From Candidatus Zixiibacteriota bacterium (GTDB taxonomy: Bacteria > Zixibacteria > MSB-5A5 > GN15 > JAAZOE01): a stretch of DNA of 64,000 nt. The notes beneath the pieces were generated by a model, which had not been told where the DNA came from, made no database searches, and was given only the letters and a program-made list of their open reading frames with translations. Positions 8,697-17,200 of this stretch are shown here, piece after piece (the stretch's first letter is position 1; each line of letters starts with the position of its first letter). The position numbers and the translations under genes were made by a program. Where the stretch lies: the NCBI GenBank assembly GCA_041394985.1, contig JAWLBI010000001.1, positions 2,198,882 through 2,262,881 on the forward strand, written 5' to 3'.

Positions 8697-10163
8697 ATGA
8701 AAACGTTGGTAAGTGTCTTTGCCTTGGTTATACTACTCAGTTTTACCTCATTTGCTATGGGGCAGGAGAGTTACTATAGTACTTATCCGGCAATGACGGA
8801 ATTGAGCTATGGATATTATGGCGGCGGCTCTCGTGCGTTCGCAATGGGCAGCGCCAATATCGGGATAGCCGACGATGTCAATGGGGGTGCCTGGAATCCC
8901 GCGGGCATTTGGGTGATCGAATCTCCGACGGTGTCTGCTTCATATAGCATGTTCAATCCGGATGGTGATTTTACCCTGGATAGATCCTTTGGGATTAAAA
9001 GATCATTCGGTACGACTAATAAAATAGATATGAGCGCTATCGGGCATTTTTCGTTTGTGACGCCGGTTCGAATCAAAGGGCATCCCTTTGTATTCACCTT
9101 TAACTATGTTCGCAACAATGAGCGCACTGAAGAGAGCGTCGTCGACGATGACGATTCGTTTAATGATAGTCAGGATAAATCGTTTTTGCGGACCTATGCT
9201 CTCGGCTTTTCGACTCGCATTTATAAGCAATTGTCATTTGGAGCGCTTGCGAACATTTATGATGGCCGACGGATCAAAAACGCGATATCGTCAACCTCCA
9301 GAGATACGTCAATCCTCGTGAATTCGACATACATTACCCAGGAACTTGCCGAAACCGCGACCGCTCTTGATTCGGTCAGCGCCAACGGCTTCAATTTCAC
9401 CCTGGGATTGTTGTATAAATTCGAAAAATTCAGCATCGGTGCATCGGTACATACTCCGTTCGATATGAAGAATGACAACGATCGTTCGGAATTCGAAGTG
9501 ACGACGATCGGTGGTCTCCCGAGCATAAACAATTCGGATACGACTTATATTCAAGACTTGAAAACGAAGACGGGAATGCCGCTTTCTCTCGGATTTGGTG
9601 TCGGTTTTTATCCGAATGAAAAACTGACCTTCGCGGTTGATGCGAATTATCAAAAATACGGATCGGTCGATTATTATTATCTCGATTCGACGTTTATTTC
9701 TCCCGGTGGTGACCGGTTCGATTTCTTCGAAACGATTCCGATTGACTGGAACAATACGTTCAGTTTCGGTGGAGGAGCCGAGTACAAATTGACTACCGGT
9801 TTTGGCCAGATTCCGCTTCGCGCAGGTGTCCGATACAATCAACTCCCCAAACCGGAAAAGTTCACTGTCGATACGTATGCTCTGTATGATGATGACGATG
9901 TTTATACCGGTGTCAACAATGTGGATTTTACGGCTCAGGATCGTCAGAGTGAAGTGTGGATTACGCTGGGAACAGGTATTCACTGGGAACAGCTTGGATT
10001 CGATATTTCCTATCGCATTGTCAGCGGTCAAAAAGAGACGACGGAACACAACTACTATAATTCCTTCGAGAGTGATGGAAGTGTTGTGAGTACCGGACAA
10101 TCGACTGAAGTCGTCGAAGGAAAAGCGAACGAGTTTTATATTTCCTTTACGGGACGTTTCTAA
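8697..10163 (+). CDS. outer-membrane beta-barrel protein (FadL/PorV-like superfamily)
   Basis: The ATG at 8697 lies 9 nt after gggagga. Signal peptide ends SFAMGQ. GGGSRAFAMGSANIGIADDVNGGAWNPAGI is typical of this barrel family, and the C-terminus ends in F. Confidence 0.6.
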   Translation: MKTLVSVFALVILLSFTSFAMGQESYYSTYPAMTELSYGYYGGGSRAFAMGSANIGIADDVNGGAWNPAGIWVIESPTVSASYSMFNPDGDFTLDRSFGIKRSFGTTNKIDMSAIGHFSFVTPVRIKGHPFVFTFNYVRNNERTEESVVDDDDSFNDSQDKSFLRTYALGFSTRIYKQLSFGALANIYDGRRIKNAISSTSRDTSILVNSTYITQELAETATALDSVSANGFNFTLGLLYKFEKFSIGASVHTPFDMKNDNDRSEFEVTTIGGLPSINNSDTTYIQDLKTKTGMPLSLGFGVGFYPNEKLTFAVDANYQKYGSVDYYYLDSTFISPGGDRFDFFETIPIDWNNTFSFGGGAEYKLTTGFGQIPLRAGVRYNQLPKPEKFTVDTYALYDDDDVYTGVNNVDFTAQDRQSEVWITLGTGIHWEQLGFDISYRIVSGQKETTEHNYYNSFESDGSVVSTGQSTEVVEGKANEFYISFTGRF

Positions 10164-10186
10164 ACTGTTAGAGTAAAAGACCGGAA

Positions 10187-10232
10187 AAGAGGCGGGGTAC
10201 ATCGAATTATGTCTTCCGCCTTTTTTCTTCTT
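10187..10232 (+). terminator. possible intrinsic terminator
   Basis: Stem ggcgg/ccgcc, extended by A-T pairs, with a large 20-nt loop and then ttttttcttctt. Confidence 0.4.
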
Positions 10233-10286
10233 GCATTTTCCGGGGATTCTTCCGATACAGGGTGTAAGATTAGGAGAGAAGCTTAA

Positions 10287-10967
10287 ATGAGTCAGAAAGT
10301 CAAAATCACCAAGAAAGACCTGAGGCAGGATAAATTCACGATGACCATGCTTCAGGCGAAGGACAATATCGTTGAGCATTGGATTTACTATGTCGGCGGT
10401 CTCGTTGTCCTCTTCTTACTGGTATTCGGAATTACGTATGTCAAACAGGAAGGCCAGACCAAAAACGTTCATGCCTCGGAATTATTCAATCGCGGCATGA
10501 GCGAGTTTATGAATAAAGACTATGAACTGGCGGCCTCGACCTTTATTTCGGTGATCGACGAGTTCGGTTCCTCGGTATCGGCTGAAAAGGCCATGTTCAA
10601 TCTCGGAAACGCCTATTTCAACAACAATAATTTCGATAAGGCGATCGAGACGTTCCAGGAATATTTAAAAAAATACGGCGGCAAGGATAAGTACTTTACG
10701 ACTTCCGCCATGGCCGGTATCGCGGCATCACTGGCGGCGAAAGGCGAGCCGCAGCAGGCTGCCGATACATATCGTGAAGCCGCCGAGCGATTCGAGAACT
10801 TTAATCTTGCCGGTCGATATTACATCAAGGCAATAGAACAATACGTTGCCGCCGATAAAGTTGAATCCGCCAAAGTCGTTTTCGCGAAGCTGAAAAAGGA
10901 TTATGTGAATACTGCGTACTACGATGAAGCATTAGTTGTTGCCGCAGAAAACAATTTGACGCAATAG
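10287..10967 (+). CDS. membrane-anchored TPR protein (YfgM-like)
   Basis: 226 aa with one N-terminal TM helix followed by TPR-like repeats (AMFNLGNAYFNNNNFDKAIETFQEYL). Confidence 0.6.
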   Translation: MSQKVKITKKDLRQDKFTMTMLQAKDNIVEHWIYYVGGLVVLFLLVFGITYVKQEGQTKNVHASELFNRGMSEFMNKDYELAASTFISVIDEFGSSVSAEKAMFNLGNAYFNNNNFDKAIETFQEYLKKYGGKDKYFTTSAMAGIAASLAAKGEPQQAADTYREAAERFENFNLAGRYYIKAIEQYVAADKVESAKVVFAKLKKDYVNTAYYDEALVVAAENNLTQ

Positions 10968-10985
10968 TCGTCGGCGGGGGCTTAT

Positions 10986-13124
10986 ATGCTCAAAGTAGCC
11001 TTTCTGTGGCATATGCATCAGCCGTACTATCGAGACCCGATAACCGGCGATATGATTTTGCCCTGGGTACGGCTGCATTGTCTCAAAGATTATTACGATC
11101 TTCCGCACCGGGTTGGAAAATACCCCAACCTCAAGATGACATTCAACCTGGTGCCGTCACTCATAGAACAAATCGACCTGTATTGCCGGCGGCAGACAAC
11201 CGACCGGCATCTTCAATTAACGGTCAAACCGACGCGCGACCTCAGCCGCGAAGAGCGGGCCGAGGTCTTTCGGCTGTTTTTCTGGGCCAACCCGGATACC
11301 ATGATAACCCCGTTTCCCCGGTATCGCAGGCTTTACAAAAAACTGAAGGACTGCTCGATGGACGCCGAGATGGCCGCTCGTACGGCGTCGGTTCAGGAAC
11401 TGCGCGATTTGATCGTCTGGGGTTCTCTTGTCTGGGTCGATCCCGTCCTGAGGACAACCGAACCGTACCGGCGACTATTTCAAAAGGGCGAGGGGTTCAG
11501 CGAGGACGACAAGTTGGAGTTGGTCGAGGCCCAATATAAGACGATGGCCGAAGTCATCCCTATGTACAAACGGCTGATGGACGAGGGGAAAATAGAAGTC
11601 TCATTCACGCCGTATTATCATCCTATTCTGCCGCTTTTGTGCGATACCGAATCGGCACACGAAGCATTGCCTGACTTGCCGTTGCCGAAACATCGCTTTC
11701 GCCATCCTGAAGATGCCGCGCTCCAGATACGGTTGGCGGCAGAGATGTACAAAGAGAAATTCGATCGCCCCCTGACCGGGATGTGGCCGTCAGAGGGGTC
11801 CGTTTCTGAGGAAATGGCGGCGATACTGGCCGCTCAGGGAATCAAGTGGATGGCATCCGACGAACAGGTGTTGTATCGTTCGGCAACCAAATCCGGATCG
11901 TTTGCAGGGCGACCATCGCCGCATTGCATCTATCGCCATGACACGAAAAACGGTGCGGTCAATATCGTCTTTCGCGATCACGCCTTGTCCGATAAAATAG
12001 GATTTGTCTATTCCGGCTGGGAGCCTGCCAAGGCTGTCAATGATTTCGTCGGTCAATTACATCGGCTGCACGATCTACTTGGCAGCGAAGCAGATAGTTC
12101 AGTCATTCCGGTCATTCTTGATGGTGAAAATTGCTGGGAATATTTCCCAAATGACGGCGACGAGTTTCTCAACCTCTTTTTTGATCGTCTGTCAACCGAT
12201 CCGAAAATTCAAACGGTTACGATCAGCGAGGCATGTGAACTTCTCAAGCCGCAGCCGCTCAAACATATTCTCGCCGGTTCCTGGATAAATAACAATTTCC
12301 GCATATGGATCGGGCATCCGGAAGATAACACGGCCTGGGATTTACTCTGGGAAGCGCGACAGGCACTGACCCAATTCAAAGAGGCACATCCCGATTATGA
12401 TAAAGTCAAATTGGCGGCGGCGGAAAAGTCACTGCTTGTTGCCGAGGGGTCCGACTGGAACTGGTGGTATGGTGACGAGCATACCAGTAATCAGAGTGAA
12501 ATATTCGATCAGATCTATCGCGCTCACCTTCAATCCGTATATGACAATCTCGGTCTTGAGCCGCCGCAAAGCCTGTCGACACCAATCAAATCCGGAGTGC
12601 CTGAATCGTTTGTGACGGCTCCTGAAGGTACTATTACGCCTATAATAGACGGGAAACTGACTCATTATTATGAATGGCTCGGGGCCGGCACGTATGATTG
12701 TAAGAAAGCGGGCGGGGCCATGCATCGCGTCGACCGAATCCTGACCCAATTCTCGTATGTTTCCGATGATGATTATGTTTATATTCGAGCTGATTTCGAT
12801 GAAAAAGGTTTTTTGGTTGACAATCGCGATAAAGCGTTGAAAATTGAAGTTCTGCAACCGGGCCGGGGCGATTTTATATTCTCTGCCTCTGGTCTGATAA
12901 AACATCCCGATTGGGTGCAGAACAAGGAAGATATCACGTTCGCAACCGGGGACATTGCCGAGGTGGCTTTGAAGAAAACGATTTTCTTCCCGGACGGACG
13001 GGGAACCCTGCACTTTCGAGTCGGAATATCCGAGAAAAAGCGGGATGTCGAGTTGTGGCCGCATGGAGATCCGGTGAAATTTACCGTTACCGGGAGCGGC
13101 GAAGACATAGTCTGGGATTTGTAA
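10986..13124 (+). CDS. glycoside hydrolase family 57 protein (alpha-amylase/4-alpha-glucanotransferase type)
   Basis: 712 aa. The N-terminus VAFLWHMHQPYYRD and the downstream WPSEGSVS and GSDWNWWYG regions are typical of GH57. Confidence 0.85.
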   Translation: MLKVAFLWHMHQPYYRDPITGDMILPWVRLHCLKDYYDLPHRVGKYPNLKMTFNLVPSLIEQIDLYCRRQTTDRHLQLTVKPTRDLSREERAEVFRLFFWANPDTMITPFPRYRRLYKKLKDCSMDAEMAARTASVQELRDLIVWGSLVWVDPVLRTTEPYRRLFQKGEGFSEDDKLELVEAQYKTMAEVIPMYKRLMDEGKIEVSFTPYYHPILPLLCDTESAHEALPDLPLPKHRFRHPEDAALQIRLAAEMYKEKFDRPLTGMWPSEGSVSEEMAAILAAQGIKWMASDEQVLYRSATKSGSFAGRPSPHCIYRHDTKNGAVNIVFRDHALSDKIGFVYSGWEPAKAVNDFVGQLHRLHDLLGSEADSSVIPVILDGENCWEYFPNDGDEFLNLFFDRLSTDPKIQTVTISEACELLKPQPLKHILAGSWINNNFRIWIGHPEDNTAWDLLWEARQALTQFKEAHPDYDKVKLAAAEKSLLVAEGSDWNWWYGDEHTSNQSEIFDQIYRAHLQSVYDNLGLEPPQSLSTPIKSGVPESFVTAPEGTITPIIDGKLTHYYEWLGAGTYDCKKAGGAMHRVDRILTQFSYVSDDDYVYIRADFDEKGFLVDNRDKALKIEVLQPGRGDFIFSASGLIKHPDWVQNKEDITFATGDIAEVALKKTIFFPDGRGTLHFRVGISEKKRDVELWPHGDPVKFTVTGSGEDIVWDL

Positions 13125-13136
13125 GCTGGAGGATAC

Positions 13137-13532
13137 ATGTCAAACTCGTTTTTTGATAATGAAGAGAGCCGGGATCAGTTTTCCGGCGAAAGCGGTATTC
13201 CGGAGTTAAACGCCGAGCCGGAAAAGTCTCGTCCGACCGAGGATCGGCGGATGATGGCCATCATGGCATATATACCGTTTCTCTGTTTCCTGCCGCTTAT
13301 CAAAATGAAGGATGATCCCTACGCCTATTTTCATGCCCGCCAGGGATTAATTCTGTTCTTCATTGAAATCATCGCGTTTATCTTTTCGTTTCCCCACATC
13401 AGCCAATTATTCTGGGTGGCGATAATTATCGCGTGTATCGGTTCGGCGGTTGCCGGCATCATGTTTGCCGTACAGGGGAAAACGCATCGCCTGCCGATTA
13501 TTGGAGAACTGGCCGATAAACTGAAATTGTAA
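13137..13532 (+). CDS. small membrane protein (DUF4870-like)
   Basis: 131 aa. MAIMAYIPFLCFLPLI...FHARQGLILF followed by two TM helices. Confidence 0.5.
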   Translation: MSNSFFDNEESRDQFSGESGIPELNAEPEKSRPTEDRRMMAIMAYIPFLCFLPLIKMKDDPYAYFHARQGLILFFIEIIAFIFSFPHISQLFWVAIIIACIGSAVAGIMFAVQGKTHRLPIIGELADKLKL

Positions 13533-13551
13533 GTGTCTCGAGAGGTCTCTC

Positions 13552-14352
13552 ATGAAATCATATAAATCATTGGTTGCGGTATTCGTGTGCGCCGTCGTTT
13601 TGCTTTCGTGTACGACGACCGGTCCCGGCGGCAAGAAATCCTTTATCTTCCTTTCGACGGCCCAGGAAGTGTCCATCGGGCAGGGGATGGATCAGCAGCT
13701 TCGTGAGACCGAGAAGGTCCTGGCTGATCAGGAGTGGCAGGCATACATCACAGAAATCGGCCAGCGCATCGTCAACGTGTCGGATCGCAAGGATATTGAA
13801 TATCATTTTGCCGTCATTGAATCGGATCAAATCAATGCCTTTGCCGCTCCCGGCGGATATGTCTATTTTTACACCGGCCTGATCAAGAAAATGCACTCCG
13901 AGTCCGAACTGGCGGCTGTGATGGCTCATGAAATCAGCCATGTCGTTGCCCGGCATGGCGTCAAGCGGCTCCAATCGGTTTTGGGGTTGTCGCTTGTTCT
14001 CGATCTGGCGCTGGGAGATAAGCCGGAGCAGACACAGCAAATTGCCGGTGCGGCCCTTGGGGTGGTCATGTCAGGGTATTCACGGTCGAATGAGCATGAG
14101 GCCGATGAATTCGGACTAATTTATATGACTCGAGCCGGTTGGCATTCGGATGGGATGTTGACAATGTTTCAGACGCTGCAGGAGCTCGAAGGGGATCACC
14201 AGAGTAGTGTCTTCGAGATGCTGGCTTCCAGCCATCCTCAGACCAATGACCGTATTGCAGCTACCCGTGACAGAATTACGGCTCTGGGGATCAATACCGC
14301 GAATTTGAGTCACGATACACAAAGGTTTCAGCGTTTAAAAAGTAAGCTGTAA
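13552..14352 (+). CDS. M48 family metalloprotease lipoprotein
   Basis: 266 aa. Lipobox LLSCTT. HExxH motif in AVMAHEISHVVARHG, with a downstream E in NEHEADEFG. Confidence 0.85.
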   Translation: MKSYKSLVAVFVCAVVLLSCTTTGPGGKKSFIFLSTAQEVSIGQGMDQQLRETEKVLADQEWQAYITEIGQRIVNVSDRKDIEYHFAVIESDQINAFAAPGGYVYFYTGLIKKMHSESELAAVMAHEISHVVARHGVKRLQSVLGLSLVLDLALGDKPEQTQQIAGAALGVVMSGYSRSNEHEADEFGLIYMTRAGWHSDGMLTMFQTLQELEGDHQSSVFEMLASSHPQTNDRIAATRDRITALGINTANLSHDTQRFQRLKSKL

Positions 14353-14519
14353 AAATAAGGCGGACTCACCCGATTGTGGTGAGCGCTACCCGCAATTTGT
14401 GCTCCGAGTGAACGTAAACGTGCGATTGCGTTCGAACTTTGCACATGATCTCGTAAGTTATTTTCAGTCAATATCTTAATTTGGTTAGTGTCGGATTTTC
14501 TCCGGTTTTTGTTCAATGT

Positions 14520-14535
14520 TGGTACAGGTATGGCA
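14520..14535 (+). promoter_or_regulatory. candidate sigma54 (-24/-12) promoter
   Basis: TGGTAC-aggta-TGGCA. GG (14521-22) and GC (14533-34) are 12 nt apart. There is one mismatch in each half relative to TGGCAC-N5-TTGCA. Confidence 0.35.
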
Positions 14536-14732
14536 AAATACGCCGTGCAGAATAACGGAATTGTCCAACAGTCGAAGGAAATTAGATTCTGAGTTTATCC
14601 CATTAAGAATCAATATCACAATGAGTTATGGGCTAATAGCCGGCCGTGAGATTTTTTGAAATATTATGCGCGATTGCAATCTACGGCGGCATGCAGATTG
14701 CAAATACAATATTGTGTCGAAAGGGTTGAGGT

Positions 14733-14816
14733 ATGAAGACGATTAAGGTTATCATCGGTATCTGGGTTCTGGCAGCCATCGTGGCCGGAATTTTCGGAAA
14801 CGTATCGATTAGCTGA
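14733..14816 (+). CDS. 27-aa hydrophobic micro-ORF (MKTIKVIIGIWVLAAIVAGIFGNVSIS)
   Basis: ATG sits 5 nt after gagg. It encodes a single predicted TM helix, is bracketed by two copies of the palindrome acaatattgt, and is below the ORF-track length cutoff. Confidence 0.3.
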   Translation: MKTIKVIIGIWVLAAIVAGIFGNVSIS

Positions 14817-15069
14817 CAGGCGTGATCCGGATGTGTCCTGACGTATGAAACTCAGTCAGGCAAAAGATTTTGGAAAAACAATATTGTGCACGCAAACGTT
14901 GTTACGAAATTCATCGTGCCTGCTAATGTCGGCCTCGGGTCGGTTAGTGGGACGGGTGGTGCATGACCCACTTGAGATGAGCGGTACCGAATCGTTTGCA
15001 ATTATTCTCCACTCGCGGTTGAGATAACCCACTGTCACCGTTGAGTTGAACACTTTCTCTGCCTGCAAG

Positions 15070-15102
15070 CCGCCGGTTCTTCGGAGCCGGCGGTTTCTTT
15101 TT
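15070..15102 (+). terminator. strong intrinsic terminator with a UUCG tetraloop
   Basis: A 10-bp stem ccgccggttc/gagccggcgg (one G-U pair), loop ttcg, then tttcttttt. No credible CDS ends upstream of it. Confidence 0.65.
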
Positions 15103-15157
15103 ACCTGCAAGACAGTGCAACAAAGAAATGGCCGGGGTTGCATAGAATTGCAGGTAA
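15101..15157. promoter_or_regulatory. nested inverted repeats, possible enhancer (UAS) for the downstream sigma54 promoter
   Basis: The outer 10-bp perfect inverted repeat ttacctgcaa/ttgcaggtaa encloses tgcaac-N15-gttgca. It lies about 180-230 bp upstream of the 15334 promoter. Confidence 0.35.
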
Positions 15158-15333
15158 TATGACCAGGCATTCATGAGAAAAGCGGCAGCGTTATTGGCTG
15201 AAAAACCTCGCGCGAAATTATAGTTCTAATCAATCCATAATTAGAATAGTAAGGCATTGTTATGCAAAATCTTATGCTATGCATATTTTATTAGTACCGA
15301 ACACATGGATGGAAATACAATTCTTAAACCACT

Positions 15334-15349
15334 TGGCAGTCTATTTGCT
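15334..15349 (+). promoter_or_regulatory. sigma54 (-24/-12) promoter upstream of the sugar transferase
   Basis: TGGCAG-tctat-TTGCT with exact GG-N10-GC spacing, 73 nt upstream of the ATG at 15422. Two sigma54 activators are encoded in the window. Confidence 0.55.
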
Positions 15350-15421
15350 CAATACTCCTTCGATGTTTGGATATATTTACATACTCGACTTTTCCGTTAG
15401 ATCTCTTATGGGGGACTGGAA

Positions 15422-16327
15422 ATGATTTCCAATTCGTTAAGTGCGCGAACTGTGAAAGTGGCAATTAACGGCACGAACATTCGGCAGCAGTATCAGGCAA
15501 AGACTTCTCATCAACATACCGCGGCGACGCGGCGTTTTGCGATGCCGAGTCCGGGTTATATCTTTGGCGAGTATATCTGGGGTACGATGGTCCTCGTCCT
15601 CAGCGTCGTCAGCCGTATGGCCAACTCGATTAACGTGTCAATGCCGCTTAAGGGAATCGACAACAGCTTCGTCAAACGGTGTATTGATATTTTCGGTGCT
15701 CTGGTCGGTTTGACGCTGACAGCGCCGTTATTTTTGATTCTGCCGATTCTGATTAAGCTCGATTCACCCGGCCCGGTTTTCTACAAACAGCTGCGTACCG
15801 GACACAATCGCCGTCGTGGTCAGCGCCGTGTTTCCGGTGTCTCCGACCTCGGCCGCTGCAACCGTGATCGCCGTCGCCAGAATCTGCACGGCCGCCCGTT
15901 CGAAGTCATTAAATTCCGAACGATGGTTGCCGACGCCGAGAAGAAATGCGGAGCCGTCTGGGCCACCAAGAATGACCCGCGAATCACGACGCTGGGACAT
16001 ATCATGCGCAAGACTCGCATGGATGAAATCCCGCAGTTCTTAAACATTCTTATCGGCGATATGTCGCTGGTAGGTCCTCGCCCGGAACGTCCGGTGTTTG
16101 TCGAAGAACTGTCCGAGAAGGTAGAAAACTACAAGAAACGCCTCGATGTCAAGCCGGGCCTCACCGGTCTTGCACAGGTCGAAAACGGCTATGACTCCTC
16201 GATCGCCTCGGTCGTCAAGAAGGTCCAGTATGACCTGCAGTACATCCGGAACTGGAGCGTTTGGCAGGATGTGAAAATCATGCTCAAAACGGTTGTGGTC
16301 GTCGTCACGGGTAAGGGTGCCTTCTAA
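15422..16327 (+). CDS. polyprenyl-phosphate sugar transferase (bacterial sugar transferase family, EpsB/WbaP C-terminal type)
   Basis: 301 aa. KRCIDIFGAL...LDSPGPVFYKQ, KFRTM, DEIPQFLNIL.GDMSLVGPRP and the C-terminal region are typical of the family. It contains an Arg-rich insert. Confidence 0.85.
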   Translation: MISNSLSARTVKVAINGTNIRQQYQAKTSHQHTAATRRFAMPSPGYIFGEYIWGTMVLVLSVVSRMANSINVSMPLKGIDNSFVKRCIDIFGALVGLTLTAPLFLILPILIKLDSPGPVFYKQLRTGHNRRRGQRRVSGVSDLGRCNRDRRRQNLHGRPFEVIKFRTMVADAEKKCGAVWATKNDPRITTLGHIMRKTRMDEIPQFLNILIGDMSLVGPRPERPVFVEELSEKVENYKKRLDVKPGLTGLAQVENGYDSSIASVVKKVQYDLQYIRNWSVWQDVKIMLKTVVVVVTGKGAF

Positions 16328-16356
16328 GCCGCCTTGAGCTGGACAAAGACTTATAA

Positions 16357-16385
16357 AACCGCACTTTACGGGTGCGGTTTTTTTA
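16357..16385 (+). terminator. intrinsic terminator
   Basis: aaccgcac/gtgcggtt 8-bp stem, 7-nt loop and an 8-T run directly after the sugar-transferase stop. Confidence 0.7.
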
Positions 16386-16466
16386 TTGGCGAGGCCTTGT
16401 TTTTATTGCCCTGTCTCTAAGTAAAATTTATATTTACCCGAAATTAAGCAAAAAGGATATTTGCAC

Positions 16467-17198
16467 ATGAAAGTGGCCTTCAAATGGATTCTGGCTCTGG
16501 TTGCTTTTTGCCTGCTCTGGCAGACTCCGGCAGCTATGGCTCAATCTAACGGAAACGTTGTCATCAACTCCACCCCTCAGGGCGCCCTGGTTACGATTAT
16601 CGGCGAATTTCAACTGTCAGGCGTAACCCCGGTGAAGTTTGATGTTCCGTTATCGGGGAAATACGATATTATCGTGACCCGCGAGGGGTATGAAACCTAT
16701 AGGTCGACCTCGTATTTTTCGGAAACGCAGAATGCGCAGCTCGATATTACCCTGAAGAAAAAGACGCGGACGAAAGCCTTTTTCCGTTCGGCCATTATCC
16801 CCGGGTGGGGACAGCGCTATTACGGCAGTTCCAAAAAGTCGACTCTTATTACTATGGGCGCCATCGGCGCCGTAGCCGGGTATTTAATCGTCAAAGATGA
16901 TTATGACAACAAGGTCGACGAATACAACACTGCCCGGCGGGCCTATGCCGATGCGACACAATGGGAGGATCTCGTCCGCCTGGAGGCGGATGTCCGATAC
17001 ACGCAGGGGAGGGCCAATGATGCCGAGGACAAGGTCAATATCATGATCGCGGCCGCGGCAGGCATTTATATCTTTAACCTGCTCGATACGATACTCTTTT
17101 TCCCGGAACACAGTTCGTATACCGAATATAAAGCGATAACCGCCGCGCCGTCTGTGCAAGGCGACCGGGTGGGCTTAACTCTTTCGGTGAGGTTTTAA
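16467..17198 (+). CDS. PEGA domain protein with a DUF5683-like C-terminal region
   Basis: Signal peptide, then a PEGA-like segment (VVINSTPQGALVTIIG...YDIIVTREGYETY), then RSAIIPGWGQRYYG, which is typical of DUF5683. The ATG at 16467 is preferred over the TTG at 16461. Confidence 0.65.
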   Translation: MKVAFKWILALVAFCLLWQTPAAMAQSNGNVVINSTPQGALVTIIGEFQLSGVTPVKFDVPLSGKYDIIVTREGYETYRSTSYFSETQNAQLDITLKKKTRTKAFFRSAIIPGWGQRYYGSSKKSTLITMGAIGAVAGYLIVKDDYDNKVDEYNTARRAYADATQWEDLVRLEADVRYTQGRANDAEDKVNIMIAAAAGIYIFNLLDTILFFPEHSSYTEYKAITAAPSVQGDRVGLTLSVRF

Positions 17199-17200
17199 TC

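Noticed and set aside
9309-10379. 356-aa minus-strand ORF opposite the outer-membrane barrel gene
   Set aside because: Arg/Ile-rich, low-complexity translation with no motifs. The + strand gene has a signal peptide, a family motif and a C-terminal Phe. This is an antisense shadow ORF.
11006-11539. 177-aa alternative-frame ORF inside the GH57 gene
   Set aside because: Arg/Pro/Gly-rich out-of-frame translation of a well-supported gene.
14845-15027. 60-aa + ORF upstream of the UUCG terminator
   Set aside because: No RBS and unremarkable composition. It overlaps two minus-strand ORFs of similar quality, so coding is not supported.
14540-15100. Known riboswitch or housekeeping ncRNA (c-di-GMP-I, cobalamin, 6S, tmRNA, RNase P, SRP) in the ORF-poor region
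   Set aside because: I could not find the conserved cores of any of these by eye (for example GGCAAACC...GGGACGCAAAGCC, the B12 box, or a tRNA-like 3' end). It is left as an unclassified transcript candidate.
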